NCBI GenBank assembly: GCA_964016885.1
Contig: OZ024757.1
Location: 41,788,001 to 41,852,000, forward strand
Length of the DNA: 64,000 nt
Direction: 5' to 3'
Source of the DNA: Eledone cirrhosa
Taxonomy: Eukaryota
Positions 11,893 through 26,065 of the stretch are shown piece by piece (position 1 is the stretch's first letter; each line of letters starts with the position of its first letter). A program made the position numbers and the translations under genes. The notes under the pieces were generated by a model, which saw only the letters and a list, made by a program, of their open reading frames with translations, was not told the origin of the DNA and searched no databases.

Positions 11893-12089
11893 TAAAGAGT
11901 TGGGACCCGACAGCTGAGCTCTTGCCATTTCGACAGCTAGATCCGAAGTATCGAGTACTTTGGTGGGTTATGGTCTACCTGGTTTTTACCATACCCTATC
12001 TGAGATATATATATATATATATATATATTATAAAGAATTGGTACCCGACAGCTGAGCTCTTGCCATTTCAACAGCTAGTTCCAGGCTCA
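11893..12089. mobile_element. Two family H fragments separated by (TA)n
   Basis: acccgacagctgagctcttgccatttc occurs twice; the first copy is followed by the inverted tail. Confidence 0.75.
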
Positions 12090-12120
12090 TATATATATCA
12101 GTGAGCAATGATATTGTTTA

Positions 12121-12272
12121 ACCAGTGTATTACTGGTACTTTATTTTATTGACCCCGTAAGGATGAAAGGCAAAGTTAACCTCAGCAGGTTTTGAACTCA
12201 GATTGTAAAGGTAAAGGGCCGTAACCCTATGCCGTATAGCATGTTGTCTGATACTGTACCAATTCTGCCAAT
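12121..12272 (-). mobile_element. Meta-domain-like tRNA SINE
   Basis: GCCTTTCATCCTTACGGGGTCAATAAAATAAAGTACCAG on the minus strand. Many copies in the window. Confidence 0.75.
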
Positions 12273-12914
12273 CCCTGATGATGATGAGGATAACTATGAT
12301 GATGATGGGGATAATAATGATGATGATTACCATGATGATGATTGTGATCATGTTGATGATGGTGTGGTGATGGTGATGATGATGATGATGATGATGATAA
12401 TAATGACCATGATGATGACGATGATGATGATAACAATCGTGGTGATGATGATGACTGATGATCACAATGATGATGATGTTGATAATCTCATTCCCAACCC
12501 ATTTCTAACACATGTCAGTCTAAATGTTGTTACATATATATATGTTATATATACATACATTATATATACATATGTTATATATACATACATTATATATACA
12601 TACATTATATATACATACATTATATATACATATGTAAATAACTGTAACAACTGAGACAAAAGCTTGAAATTTTATTCTCAGATCAGAAAAGAATTTATTG
12701 ATTGATTTTGACTAAAAATAAAAATAACTGTGAATAAATTGTGAGAAAATTTACTGTAATAATCTGCATTTAATGGTCAGTCGGACATTCGGACATATTG
12801 AAGAGAAGACGTGAGAGGAAATGGACCTTGAAAAGGACATGAAAACATTTAACATTTATCACAGACTGGTCAAGAGAAATTATAAAGTTTCTACTTATTT
12901 CATTATTATATATA

Positions 12915-13327
12915 TTAACCCTTTAGCATTTACATTACTCTATATATACTATTGTATATTTGTGGTAAAGGCTTTATCTTACATAATATCTCATAACATT
13001 TACATTACTCTATATATACTATTGTATATTTGTGGTAAAGGCTTTATCTTACATAATATCTCATAACATTTATATTACTCTATACATACTATTGTATATT
13101 TGTGGTAAAGGCTTTATCTTACGTAATTATCTCACATAATATTGAATCTATGAGAGTTTGATAGTATTTAATTTGAGAACAATACCTTAACATCAGTACG
13201 AGTGGTTGGTTATGGCTGGTTTGAGCAGAAAGTGGTGAGAGAATTCTGGCCAGATATGGCCAGTTTGAACAGAAAGAGGTGAGAGAATTCTGGCCGGATA
13301 TGGCCAGTTTAAATGCTAAGGGGTTAA
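12915..13327. mobile_element. piggyBac-like MITE with internal ~70-bp tandem repeat (about 3 units)
   Basis: TTAA-CCCTTTAGCATTTA ... TAAATGCTAAGGGG-TTAA, giving a TTAA TSD and CCC/GGG TIRs. Confidence 0.8.
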
Positions 13328-13328
13328 G

Positions 13329-13627
13329 TGAAGGCATGTGGCTGAGAGGTTAGAGAACTGGATTCGCAATCGTGAAGTTGTGAGTTCAATTCCTGGATCG
13401 AGCAATGTGCTATGTCCTTGGGCAAGACACTTTATTTCATGTTGCTCCTAGTACATGCAGTAGAGGGAGACTCAGGAAGACCAGGGTAGAGGTGATGAAA
13501 GCTCATCTTAAATTGATAAAAGACACAGGGGAGAGGATGAAGGGCCATAAATAGTGGAATGTAGCTGTGCTGGGAAAGACCCATCCAACCCATACAAGCT
13601 TGGAAAGATGGATGTAAAGGTATCATG
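13329..13627 (+). mobile_element. CORE-like tRNA SINE with degenerate RTE-type tail
   Basis: TGGCTGAGAGG A box, GAGTTCAATTCC B box, GTCCTTGGGCAAGACACTT; ends ccaacccatacaagcttggaaagatggatgtaaa. Confidence 0.7.
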
Positions 13628-14774
13628 ATTGTCTGTGTGTATGTATGTATAACGATTGTGCATGTGTCTGTGTGTGTGTGTATAATGATTGTGCATGTGT
13701 CTGTATGTGTGTCTACGTGTCTGTGAGTGTATGTGTCTGTGTGTGTGTGTGTGTTTAATGATTGTGTGTCTGTGTGTGTGTCAGCGTGTGTGCAATTTGT
13801 TGGTCATATTACAATGCTAATGTATCTGTGCGTATGTGTCTATGTCACTGTGTGTATAATGATTATGTGTGTATAATTTGTTGGTCATGTAACAATACTA
13901 AAGTATCTCTGTTTACCAATAACTGGTCATGGAATGTGCATTTTAAAATATGATTAAAGAAATTAGGTTTCCAAGAAAAAATAAATACCAAAATTTACTT
14001 TAATAACACAAAATAAAATAAAATGAAAAATAAAAAAAAAAATTTTTCCATTTATAATAACAATAATAACAGCAACAATAATAACAATAACAACAATAAC
14101 AACAACAATAATAATAATAATAATAATAAAGGAAAAAATAATGCAATTGAAATCTTATCAGTTCGAATTATTGCTGAATGGGAAACTAAGAGCATAGAAA
14201 GATACATATATATAAATATATATAGATAATTATAAACATATATATATAAACACACATAAATAATTATAAACATGCATATATAAACATATATCAATAATTA
14301 TAAACATGTATAAACACATATAAATAAATATAAAGATATATCAACACTTATAAATAAATATCAACACATATAAATAAATATAAACACATACAAATAAATA
14401 TAAACATATGTATACACATATAAATATCCAATTCTTTATCATTATCAATATTATTATTATTATTATTTCGATTTTATTTTAAATATTTTTTCAGCCAAAA
14501 TAATGTTAGGGTGGGTGTGTTGTTATATTTTATTTTTCATAAATGATTGATTACCATATTTCCTTGATGTAGAAATTTATCTCAAAAATTTTCACAACTT
14601 ATTAAGAAGTGATTGATTTTTGCTAAATAAAAAAAAATCGTGATAATAAGTAAATAAATAAAGTAAAGATTAAAAAAATAACAAAGATAAAAAATTAAGC
14701 CAATGATAATTTGTAATGTTGTTATAAGGCAGTGACTGGTGTGTTGTCCTATTAAATATTAATGTTTAACACAC

Positions 14775-14815
<41 letters not shown>

Positions 14816-15345
14816 ATGTATATATATGTGAGTGTATATATATATATATATGTGTGTAGAAACATGTGAGTATGTATGTATATATATATATATAAAGAAA
14901 TCCTTCACATAGACATATATTCCTTCAACATGTGCGTATATATATATACATATATATATAATCATATAACGCACACATATGTGTGTGTGTGTATATAGAT
15001 ATATATATAAATGTCTCACCATGAATATATTAAAGCACAATAAAATATATATAGCCATAGAGACATGCGAAGTTACAGTTTCACACTGACCCCATATATG
15101 GCAACATTTCATGCTTAACTACAAAATAATCTTCGCAGTAAATAATTTTAAAAATAAATAAAGAAACTAAAATTTAAAATAAATTTAAATAATTTCAAGA
15201 TAAAGATCTCATTGGAAAATTATTTGTTGCAGTAATTTATTATTTATATCATTCTATATATTTTTTTAATTGTTGTTGTTGCTGTTGTTTTGTTTTGTTG
15301 TTGAAGGTTGTTGCTCTTTCTGATGCTGTTGTTGATAATGATATG

Positions 15346-15407
<62 letters not shown>

Positions 15408-15566
15408 AGCATGGAAAAGCAGACATAAAAACGATGATATGATGATGATATATATAGACATGTATACATATATATTCATCTATATATATATATAATAAAC
15501 AGAGGCTGTATATGTAAAACTGTATCTCTTTGCTTTTTTATAATATATACATATATATATATGTAT

Positions 15567-15785
15567 ACTCATCCCAGTGTGGAGTACCAGTAGCAACAGC
15601 TAGGGAAGTAACTCTATGATGGACTAGCGTCCCATTCCAGAAGTGAGTATTAGCAGTAAGAGCTAGGGAAGTAACTCTATGATGGACTAGCACCCCATCC
15701 CAGAAGTGAGTAGTAGCAGTAAGAGCTAGGGAAGTAACCGTTTGTTGGACTAGCATCTCAGCCAGGAAGGGTGTCCAGTACTCCT
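15567..15785 (+). repeat. 63-bp tandem repeat (~3.5 units) of a SINE-body-like segment
   Basis: agctagggaagtaactctatgatggactagc recurs every 63 bp. Confidence 0.75.
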
Positions 15786-15965
15786 TCTCAATGTATGCCC
15801 CTACACTTAATAATCCTGGGAGAAACTCCAGATGATATTAAAGTTTGGAACAGACTTCAACATTTTTTTTGAAGTGTTGTAATAATTTCTCCTTCTGGGA
15901 ATATTGATATTTGTGGTGAAATATCTTCTGTCTTGAAAGTTATCTCATTAACACTAAATACATGA

Positions 15966-16005
<40 letters not shown>

Positions 16006-16248
16006 ATGTATGTATGTATGTATGTATGTATGTATGTATACATGTATATATATATATATACATACACATATATATATAGAAATAGGTATACATTTACATA
16101 TATATTTATTACATAAATATATACAGAGAGAGAGGGTCATACGTTTTCATATGTCTATATATGTATATATATCATCATCTTCATCATATGTGTGTGTGTG
16201 ATATATCTGTGTGCATGTGTATATATATATATATACATATATACATAC

Positions 16249-16351
<103 letters not shown>

Positions 16352-16760
16352 AATACATACACATATATATATACACACACACACAGCAATCTTTGGTACA
16401 TTTGCTTGCGTGTGTAATGGACATTGATTTTGTTCCCGTGTGTAATTTTTGGTTGTCTAATATGTCTCGCATTGAAAATACACAGAACACTGGATATATT
16501 CTCAGAGGAAACAACTGGGATATATATATATACACATATATATATACACACATATATTATATATATATATACACACACATATATATTATGTATATATATA
16601 TATATATATACACACACATTTATATTATATATATAGAGAGAGAGATATTATGTGTATATATATATATATATATATACATAGATATTATATATATATATAC
16701 ACATAGATATTATATATATACACACACATTTATATTATATATATATATATATATACATAG

Positions 16761-16792
<32 letters not shown>

Positions 16793-16881
16793 TAGATATT
16801 ATGTATATATATATATACACACATAGATATTATGTATATATATATACACATAGATATTATATATATATATATACACATAGA

Positions 16882-16912
<31 letters not shown>

Positions 16913-17313
16913 TAGATATTATATATATATATATGATAACTGCAGTATTACATATATAGTGAAGTGTGTAATTCATATAAAGCATGCTATTAGAATATTA
17001 ATCTTAATTTTCATCAAGATCTTCACATTTCTATCATCAACCTCTGTATGGAGAACGAGAGAAAGAAAGAAAGGACGGGTGGAAGTAAGGCAGAGAGAAG
17101 GATGGAAGGCTGCTGTATGTCTATCTTCTTGTCCAGACAATCTTTTACACCCAATAGAATCTACTGAAATAATTCACAGCATTCCATTTATATTATTTTG
17201 CTCGTGTCTGGAATACATATATATATATATATATTTGTATGTGTGTATATATATATATATATATCTGTATGTGGTTATATATATATATTTGTATGTGTGT
17301 ATATATATATATG

Positions 17314-17358
<45 letters not shown>

Positions 17359-17532
17359 TTGTGTGTGTATATATAGTAATAATTATTATGAAGACCCAAA
17401 TCTGAAGAGGATTCGATAAGGATTATTACTATATATATATATATTTATATATATATGTGTGTGTGTATATAGTAATAATAATAAATGTGAAGACTAAAAT
17501 CCAAAGAGGGCTCGATAAGGATAATATATATA

Positions 17533-17866
17533 TCATCATTTCATTTTACGTCCGCTTTTTCCCTGCTTGCAAGGGTGGGACGGGAACTGATTCTGGCTTG
17601 ATTTCTACAGCTGGATGCCCTTCCTAACACCAACCTCATTTACAGTGAGTGCTGGGTGCTTTTTTGCCATGGCACCTGCACGACCACTTTGCAGTGGAAT
17701 GATAGGGATCCCAGTCCCTATCATCTCATTTCTACAGCTGAGTAAACTGGAGCAATGTGAAATAAAGTGTCTTGCTCAAGGAAACAACACATCACCCGGT
17801 CTGAGAATTGAACTCACAACCTTTCGATTGCAAGGCCAATGCTCTAACCACTAAGCCATATGCCTC
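17533..17866 (-). mobile_element. CORE-like tRNA SINE with RTE 3' tail
   Basis: Reverse-complement homologue of 42279-42720. Confidence 0.85.
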
Positions 17867-17879
17867 TATCAAAATATAT

Positions 17880-17923
17880 AAAACCATAGAGCAAATATTT
17901 ATTAAAATAACAGATTAAAGTTT
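17880..17923 (-). mobile_element. Family A 3' fragment starting at the predicted HHR cleavage site
   Basis: Minus strand reads aaactttaatctg...ctatggtttt, between TA tracts. Confidence 0.75.
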
Positions 17924-17967
17924 ATATATATATATATAAAATCCATAGAGTTATTAGTACAGATTAA

Positions 17968-18019
17968 AGTTTAAGCAAATAATCGCTACTTTCACCCTTT
18001 TCTGAGATCTTCTGAAACT
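17968..18019 (-). ncRNA. Hammerhead motif, family A, U4A core variant
   Basis: agttt-CAGAAGA-tctc(agaaaa)gggt-GAAA-gtag(cgattat)ttgc-TT-aaact. Confidence 0.7.
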
Positions 18020-18055
18020 GAGAAAATATATGTATGTGTGTATATATATATATGA

Positions 18056-18154
<99 letters not shown>

Positions 18155-18344
18155 CATCATCATCGTTTAATGTCTATCTTCCACGCTAACATTGGTTAGA
18201 CAGGAATTGTCCTCCTTGAGGCAAGATTAATCAGGTGACCATGTCTCGCTCATATAGGACTATCTGGTGAGTTTTCTATGGCTGGATGCTCTTCCTAACA
18301 CCAACCACATTTACAGTATGTGTATATGTATATATATAATTTTA

Positions 18345-18430
18345 AAAAATGATTGTTATTAGGTTCACGCTTTGGATAAAAGAGAGAAAAAGTTCTATGT
18401 ATCGGATGTTAATCTTTCATCGGGGAGAAC
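18345..18430 (-). mobile_element. Family F fragment with decayed HHR (CCGATGA...GATA)
   Basis: Homologous to 40921-40995 (..gatgaa.ga.ta.catcc..aagcgt.aa.ctaata). Confidence 0.55.
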
Positions 18431-18689
18431 ACAAGTAGAAAGATTAGTTCTTTTTAGTTCTCCACATCCTATTATAGTTTCAATGGTCTTACTTGTACCA
18501 GTCACCAAAGACTTAACACAGAGCAACAACAAACGGTTCGGTGAGTAAACTCAGCTTCTTCAACTTATTCAGCCTGTAAGTTGAATAAGTTGAGTTTAAT
18601 CAAGGAAACATGTGTCCTTGCATTCCTCCATGTGATGTTTATATTGTTGTATTGAAGTTAATAATAATTATATATATATATAATGTTTA

Positions 18690-18880
18690 TAAGTTTATCC
18701 CGGGTTCAATCGGGGCTAACCACAGTAAGTAAGGTACTCAATACATAGCAGAGTATAAATATTTCATATAGAAATGGCTTCTACAGGACTAGAACTGTTT
18801 CATTCGGTAGAAATCATCAGGAAGCCTGATGATTTCTACCAAATGAAACAGTTTTAGTCCTGTAGAAGCCATTTCTATAT
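18690..18880. mobile_element. Family B element with fold-back 18766-18880; complete HHR at 18776-18826 (minus)
   Basis: ggcttc-CTGATGA-tttctaccgaat-GAAA-cag..ctg-TA-gaagcc. The mirror plus-strand copy at 18826-18870 lacks the 5' strand of stem I. Confidence 0.88.
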
Positions 18881-19025
18881 TAAATATGTTTATATATATA
18901 TAATGTTTATATATATATGTGTGTGTTTATAGATATACATATATATGTTTATATATACATATATATATAGACTGAAAGAGAGAGAGGTACACATATATAT
19001 CGATATATATACACATATATAGTAG

Positions 19026-19061
<36 letters not shown>

Positions 19062-19319
19062 ATCCATGTTTTTTGTTAGCCAACTAATCGGTGACAAATC
19101 TATCACCACAGATGCAACAGTATCGATTTTCACCAGTCAAACTCCAGACGTCACAATACACTTCTAGATAGAAGTGTATTGGTAGAAGTAGTAAACAAAG
19201 TGTATCAATATTTGGAAGTAGACAGAAGCAGATGTTTCCTCTTAATATTTCTCACTGTATAGCTCCTATCTAGGAATGAAATAACATGTCTGACAGTCCT
19301 GTTTGTGTGAGAGAGTAGG

Positions 19320-19437
19320 TACATGGGTAGGTTGTAAAGTTCATTGACTGACTATGAAGGAGCAATGCAAGCGCTGTGAAATCTTGATTAGCTTATAAAC
19401 ATTTTAGCTGTCCCTCAAACTTTTCTACCAACCCTTG

Positions 19438-19471
<34 letters not shown>

Positions 19472-19569
19472 CATTTATATAATCATGAGGGTAGGCTGGA
19501 AAGTTCATAGGCTGATTATGAAGGAGCGATGCTAGAACTGTGAAATCTTGATCAGCCTATGAACATTTC

Positions 19570-19608
<39 letters not shown>

Positions 19609-19680
19609 CACATACTATGAGTAGGTTGACTATGAAGGAGTGATGCTAGAACTGTGAAATCTTGCATGCATTGATTGGCC
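19320..19680. mobile_element. Cluster of three mariner-like mini-MITE fragments
   Basis: TIR-like GAGGGTAGGCTGGAAAGTTCATAGGCTGA / TCAGCCTATGAAC in TA context. Related to 23436-23613. Confidence 0.65.
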
Positions 19681-19711
19681 TACAGTTAAAAATATAATGT
19701 AAATATAGTTT

Positions 19712-19753
19712 ATCAAAGTTCTTTTGTCACACATCTGTGACATCTTCAGTGAT
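19712..19753 (-). ncRNA. Decayed hammerhead motif (G12>A)
   Basis: atca-CTGAAGA-tgtcac(agatgt)gtgac-AAAA-gaac-TT-tgat. CpG decay of cGAAA is plausible. Confidence 0.6.
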
Positions 19754-21849
19754 GATTATCACTGCATTTCTTCTCGTATTCTTACAAGTTTTTTTGTGTG
19801 TGTGTGGTTGTCTCTGTTTGCGCATGCGTTTATGTGCATGTATTCTGTTTGGTGTGTGTATCTGTGATTTTATTTAAATTAAACTTTATTTTATATTTTC
19901 TTAGCTATGATATCTTTTAACCACATTAAAATATTTTTTAAATGTGAAAAATAATTTTCAATATTTTTTTTTATACTTTCTAAGATATTTTTCATTTTCT
20001 GCCCTCAAACCCATTTAAATACAATATGGTAGGGTTTGTGTTTTTTAACCATCTTTGCTATTTTCAGCACTAGCAGGCTTTCACAATTAAATGGTCCTTC
20101 GTCTGTTGCAACAATGGATGATTCAATTGTTTGATAAACAGACCAAGTAGGCTATCTATGAAATTAATGTGCAAATGTCTAAACATTACATAAATATGTG
20201 TAACCCTTAAAACATACATATATATATATATACATATATATACATACATACATACATACATACATACATACATACATACATACATACATACATACATACA
20301 TACATACATACATAGTTATAAACACATGCATGTTTCTGTTTATTTGTAATTATATATACATATAGATAAATAGATAGATAGTTAGGTTAGAAGATAGATG
20401 GATTGGTAGATAGATATAAAGATATTGTTTGATAGCTAAATATATAGAGAGACAGAACGATCAATAGATAAATAGATAGATTGGTAAAGATATAGATAGA
20501 CAGATATATAAAAAGTTAGCTACATAGTTAGATACAATAATGAGAAAATGAGAAATAGGCATTAAGAGACAAGAAAGTTAGAAATATCGGTACAAACAAC
20601 TGTATATTAATATTATGAATAATTGATGGATGCTGCACATTTCTAAGAAATGCTAAAAATGGGGAAATATAAAAAAAACTATAAAAATAAAAACCCAAAA
20701 AAAAATGTGAAAAGAAAGAAAACACAAAAATGAAAAATAAAACAAAATTAAAATTACATGGAAAAAATTATTATTAACATTTTTCTTTTTATATATAATA
20801 ATAATAATAATAATGATGATGATTAATGATTAAAATTAATAATGATGATAATAATAATATTTATACATTATTTATGATTGCATATTGACACTTGTGGAGA
20901 AAATTGCATCAAGAAGCTAATGTTTAATACATAACAACTGTACATTCCTTTTTTTTATGTCTTTACCGTTTTACGCTAGACTTTTCACACCTCCTAATGG
21001 CAAACGTTGAAGAACAACACCGACAACAAGAAAATGACGGAGAAAAAAATAATATAAGAAATAAGAAGAAAAAATATAAGAAATGCGAAATAATAATAAT
21101 TATAAAAATAGAAATGAGATAAAAAGCAATAATAAAAAAAAATAGAAATAAATAATAAAATATAAAATATAAAATATCTAAATATATACAATTGATCTTG
21201 AAAAGCAAGCAACATACTAACTTTTAAAAATTGCCTTCTGGAATCTAATCAAAGATTATTGATCGATATGTTTCATAATTATCAATATTGTTTATTGTTT
21301 ATTTTTATTATATTTGTATATATATATTTGTATTATTATTTTTATATATTTGTATTATATATACTTGTATTATTATTTCTATCAATATTATATATATATA
21401 TAATATATATATAATATATATATATTATCGTTATTATTGTTGTTATAATTATTGTTATTGATGTTATCATTAGTATCTTTATCATTATTATTGTTATTAT
21501 TGGTTTCATTTATTGGCCACAAGGGCCGACATATAGGGGAATTATTATCATTATTATTGTTTTGTTTTCTTTTCTTCTTCTTCTTCTCCTTCATCTTCTT
21601 ATTCTTCTTCGTCTTCTTATCCTTCTTCTTCTTCTTCGTCTTCTTATCCTTCTTCTTCTTCTTCGTCTTATCTTTCTTCTTCTTCTTATTATTATTATTA
21701 TTATTCTCCTTCTTCTTCTCCTCCTCTTTCTTCTTCTTCTCCTTCTTCGTCTTCTTCTTCTCCTTCTTCTCCTTCTTCTTCGTCTTCTTCTTCCCTCAGT
21801 TATTCTTGACGTTGTTGTTGTTGTTATCCTCATTACTGATATTATTATT

Positions 21850-22218
21850 ACCAATATCATTATTATCAACATTATCATTACCAACAATATCATTACCAAC
21901 ATTATCATTACCAACATTATCATTACCAACATTATCATTACCAACATTATCATTACCAACACTATCATTACCAACACTATCATTACCAACATTATCATTA
22001 CCAACATTATCATTACCAACACTATCATTACCAACATTATCATTACCAACATTATCATTACCAACATTATCATTACCAACATTATCATTACCAACATTAT
22101 CATTACCAACAATATCATTACCAACAATATCATTACCAACAATATCATTACCAACACTATCATTACCAACATTATCATTACCAACACTATCATTACCAAC
22201 ACTATCATTACCAACACT
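21850..22218. repeat. 15-bp minisatellite (ATTATCATTACCAAC), preceded by a (CTT)n tract
   Basis: About 24 tandem units. Explains the TLSLP/IITN ORFs. Confidence 0.95.
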
Positions 22219-22665
22219 ACTACTATTGTTGTTGTAGTTGTTGTTGTTACCAAGTTGTAGCTTTATGTAGAAGATTGTGTGATTAATTATTCTGGTGTTT
22301 GGTTTACTTTGTTGTCCTTGTATGTTGTTGGTGTTGTTGACGGGATAATGATGGGGGGTAGGGGAGAGGTAGGGGTAGGATGATAGGGAGGGGAGATGAA
22401 GAGGGTAGGTGGGGTAGGAAGATATGTTGGGAGAGGTAGGGGTTAGGTAGGCATAGGACGATAGGTATGGGGTGGTAAGAGGCAGTAGGGGGGGGGAGCA
22501 AATTAGGTAGGAGGTAAGGGGGAGGCAGGGGGAGGATGATGTAATTTTTGTTGTTTGCTTGTTTGTTTGTTTATTTGAAACATTTTCAAACTGTTTTGTT
22601 GATTATTATTATTGATCAGATATATAGAAACTGTATCGAATCCTGGTATATGAGGGTAGCTTTGG

Positions 22666-22707
<42 letters not shown>

Positions 22708-22894
22708 TAGGTATAAGATTATTCTAGATGCAGTAATGGTTAATTACTACACTGGATAGAGTTGACGTACGGTAACAGGTTACTCAACGAGTTATGGAAG
22801 AATTGTTGAAGAAACTTACTTCCTGATCCTTCTGTATTCCGGAGTGTAGATAAAGAATGAATAATAACAGGTAGATATCATAAAAAGGTAATTT

Positions 22895-23018
22895 ATTCCG
22901 TGTGCTTACAAATGTTTCCCCGGTGGTTATACAGCCTAGTTATGCTATGTGCAAATTTGTAACTATTTGCAAAACTCAATTATCAAATGCTGTGACCACT
23001 GTATCATCAGAGCAGAAT
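22895..23018 (-). ncRNA. Hammerhead motif with extended (~85 nt) stem II
   Basis: attctgct-CTGATGA-tacagtggtcacagc...gctgtataaccaccggg-GAAA-catttg-TA-agcacacggaat. Confidence 0.65.
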
Positions 23019-23435
23019 GGTTAAAATGTACAATGTAAATACCCTTAAGTGGGGTTGTTGGGGAAGATAGAGTAGAAAAGGGAGAGAGAAAAGAAGGGGA
23101 GAGGAAGAGAGAGAGAAAGATATGCAGGGGTTGGAGAAATGGGAGAGAGTGGTTTGTTCATTCTTTATATATATATATATATATATATATACATACATAT
23201 ATATAAATGGATATATGAGAGGGATGAACACAGATACAAGTATACATGTGTTCCAATTACAAATGACCAAGTTAGCTAGGTTGAAAAAATACTAATTTAA
23301 AACAATATGGTTTGCCTGTCTCGATTTAAAGTGATAAATCAATAAAAATAACAAACCTATATCGGGCAATAGCCTATGATACCCGTATCAAAGGCCATTG
23401 CCCAATATAGGTTTGTTATTGCCCAATATAGGTTT

Positions 23436-23613
23436 GTGAAATCTTGCAGGCATTAATTTCAACTCTTCTTATTAATAACATAATAACTGCATTGTGTCAT
23501 TATTTCTTTCCAGAAACTATGTTGAAAAATCAACCTCATTTGGTCATTCCATGAGAGTATCTTAGTCAGCCTATAAACCTTTCAGATTATAAACTTTTCA
23601 GCTAACCCGTGTA
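23436..23613. mobile_element. Mariner-like MITE, right part
   Basis: Shares tgtgaaatcttgca with the copies at 19320-19680 and ends aacttttcagctaacccgtgTA. Confidence 0.6.
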
Positions 23614-23958
23614 AGTAAATAAGATTTCAGCTAATAAATGGAAACTTCATATTTATATAAACAATCAACAATACATGTATATAAATTAAGCAATCATTAA
23701 ATAATATTAATTAGAAAGTAATTTTTCCATTCCAATCTAATGGCTTTATTTTATCCTATTACTGTCGATTAATTTTAGTGGGTTTTTTTAATTATTTTCT
23801 CAATTTAATTTGCTATATTAGAAAATACAGTAAGAAAAATCTGAGAAGCAAATGTTTAGAAGTCTGTTTGGGAAGTATTCACAAGTTTTAAATGGTTATT
23901 CTGTGTGTATATATATGTGTGTGTCATATGTATATATATACATATACATACATGTATG

Positions 23959-24013
<55 letters not shown>

Positions 24014-24020
24014 ATACATG

Positions 24021-24101
<81 letters not shown>

Positions 24102-25021
24102 ATATATATATATGTATACATATATATATATCATATATATATGTATGTATATATATATCATATATATATATAAGTATGTATATATATTTATATATATATA
24201 TGTATATATATATATATTTATATATATATGTATATATATACATATATATATCATATATATATATATATATGTGATAAGTATATATATATATGTATTTATA
24301 TATTCATATATATATATCATATATTGTCTAAGCCACGCAATCATGGAAAGTAGATGTAAAACAGGGCTGACATATATATGTGTGTGTGTGTGTGTGTGTG
24401 TATGTGTGTATGTGTGTGTGTGTAGGCATGTATGTTTGTACATGTGTGTGTCTATATATTTGTTCTTACATTTACAACACCAACAACAGCTGTAACACCA
24501 ACACCACCAACAACACCACCACCACCACCAACAACACCACCACCACCACCATCAACAACAGCAATGATTTAAAAGAATGCAAAACTGCCAAAAAAATACA
24601 CAAAAAATAAGAAAAAAAGCTCATAAAATTAATGGACGTAATAATGATGATACGAAAATTAAGGAAAAATTAACGAGGGCACCAAACTCCAATTAGTATA
24701 ATACAATATATTTATTTATTAATATATTTAACACATTATGGCGTGTTTGTTATTGTTGTTTTCTTGTTTTTCTATCATTATATTTCTATGTCTACAGTAA
24801 TCAAACTTATTGGATTGCTATGTATGATTGGTTGAGAAACTTGTTTAAGAGTAGCACGTGCTATTTTTAGAGGTGTCAATAAGTTTGACTGGTTTTTCAA
24901 ATTGATTAAATGAATTTCTCGTTTATTTTCTTATTTTGCTCTGTGTGTGTTCGTGTATATATATGTGTGTGTGTGTAATTTTCATTGTGTATATTAATAT
25001 ATATATATATATATGAATATA

Positions 25022-25163
25022 TAACGGAAGAAATGTGGTAAGGAACCAGGTGGACGATAATGCACCAAAGTACTCAATACTTAGGGTAGTAGAGTGGGTA
25101 ATAGGAACGAGTAGGACCCCGACGGCTGAGCTCAAGCCGTTTCGACGGCTAATTCTGGACTAA
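25022..25163 (-). mobile_element. Family H element (HHR 3' half plus tail)
   Basis: Homologous to 4797-4937. Minus strand reads gtc-GAAA-cggc(ttgagctca)gccg-TC-ggggtcc. Confidence 0.8.
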
Positions 25164-25384
25164 AAAAAAAAAAAAAATATGAATATATATATATATATAT
25201 ATATATTACTATACAATATAGAAATGGCTTCTACAGGACTAGAACTGTTTCATTCAAAGGAAAGAACCCGGGTTACATATATATGTATATATTTATGTAT
25301 ATATATATATGCAAGCAGGGAAAAGCGAACATAAAATGATGATGATGATATATATATATTTATTTATTTCTATTTATATAATGG

Positions 25385-25740
25385 CTGCATCTTGAGGTCA
25401 AGAATTGCCATCCTTTGACCATTTTCTCATACATGGGTGGCACAAACATGACTTTTTAGTCCTCCCAAGGACTTAGATTCCTTTCTGCATATGCTGCAGT
25501 AAAAGAGAAAAGAAAAGACTGTGCTCACGCCACATACGTGAATATTGTTTAGGTCAAGTGATTCCTGTGTTTGAAGTTTCTTAATTAAAGCAAGGCCTTG
25601 CACTGGACCTAACCCTCTCTCTGAACAACAATGACAGGAATCCAAAACGTTGTCATGGTTTCTATAGCGGGATGTCTCCTCTAACAACAACCACGTCCTA
25701 ACATATACCAGGCTTGTTTTCACATAATAGTATCTTCACA
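25385..25740 (-). pseudogene. Decayed non-LTR retrotransposon ORF2 C-terminus
   Basis: CSICRKESKSLGGLKSHVCATH C2H2-like tail, typical of RTE-type ORF2 ends. Confidence 0.55.
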
Positions 25741-26065
25741 ACTTGACAGAGTGGACTGGGTGCATTTCTGAAGTGACACTTTACAGTGTGGACTGTGTGC
25801 ATTTTATTGTGGTACCAATACTACCATCTTCCAGTGGGGACTGGACACTGAGACCATTTTATTGTCACACCAGTACTACCACCATTTCAACACTATTCTA
25901 CTTGCATCCTTGGCTGAGCTGGGAGGTCAATGATATGGAGTGAGGATGAGGGAGGTGTGAATGTGTGTAAACTTGTCTTCTGCATCACCTTTATTTATTT
26001 CCTTCTTCCAGTCACTTCTGTGCACTTCTCCTTGTCCTCCTCTTTCAATCATTTCTATATTTCCT

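Noticed and set aside
21452-22260. 261/232/220-aa ORFs
   Set aside because: Produced by (CTT)n and a 15-bp minisatellite, and open in several frames.
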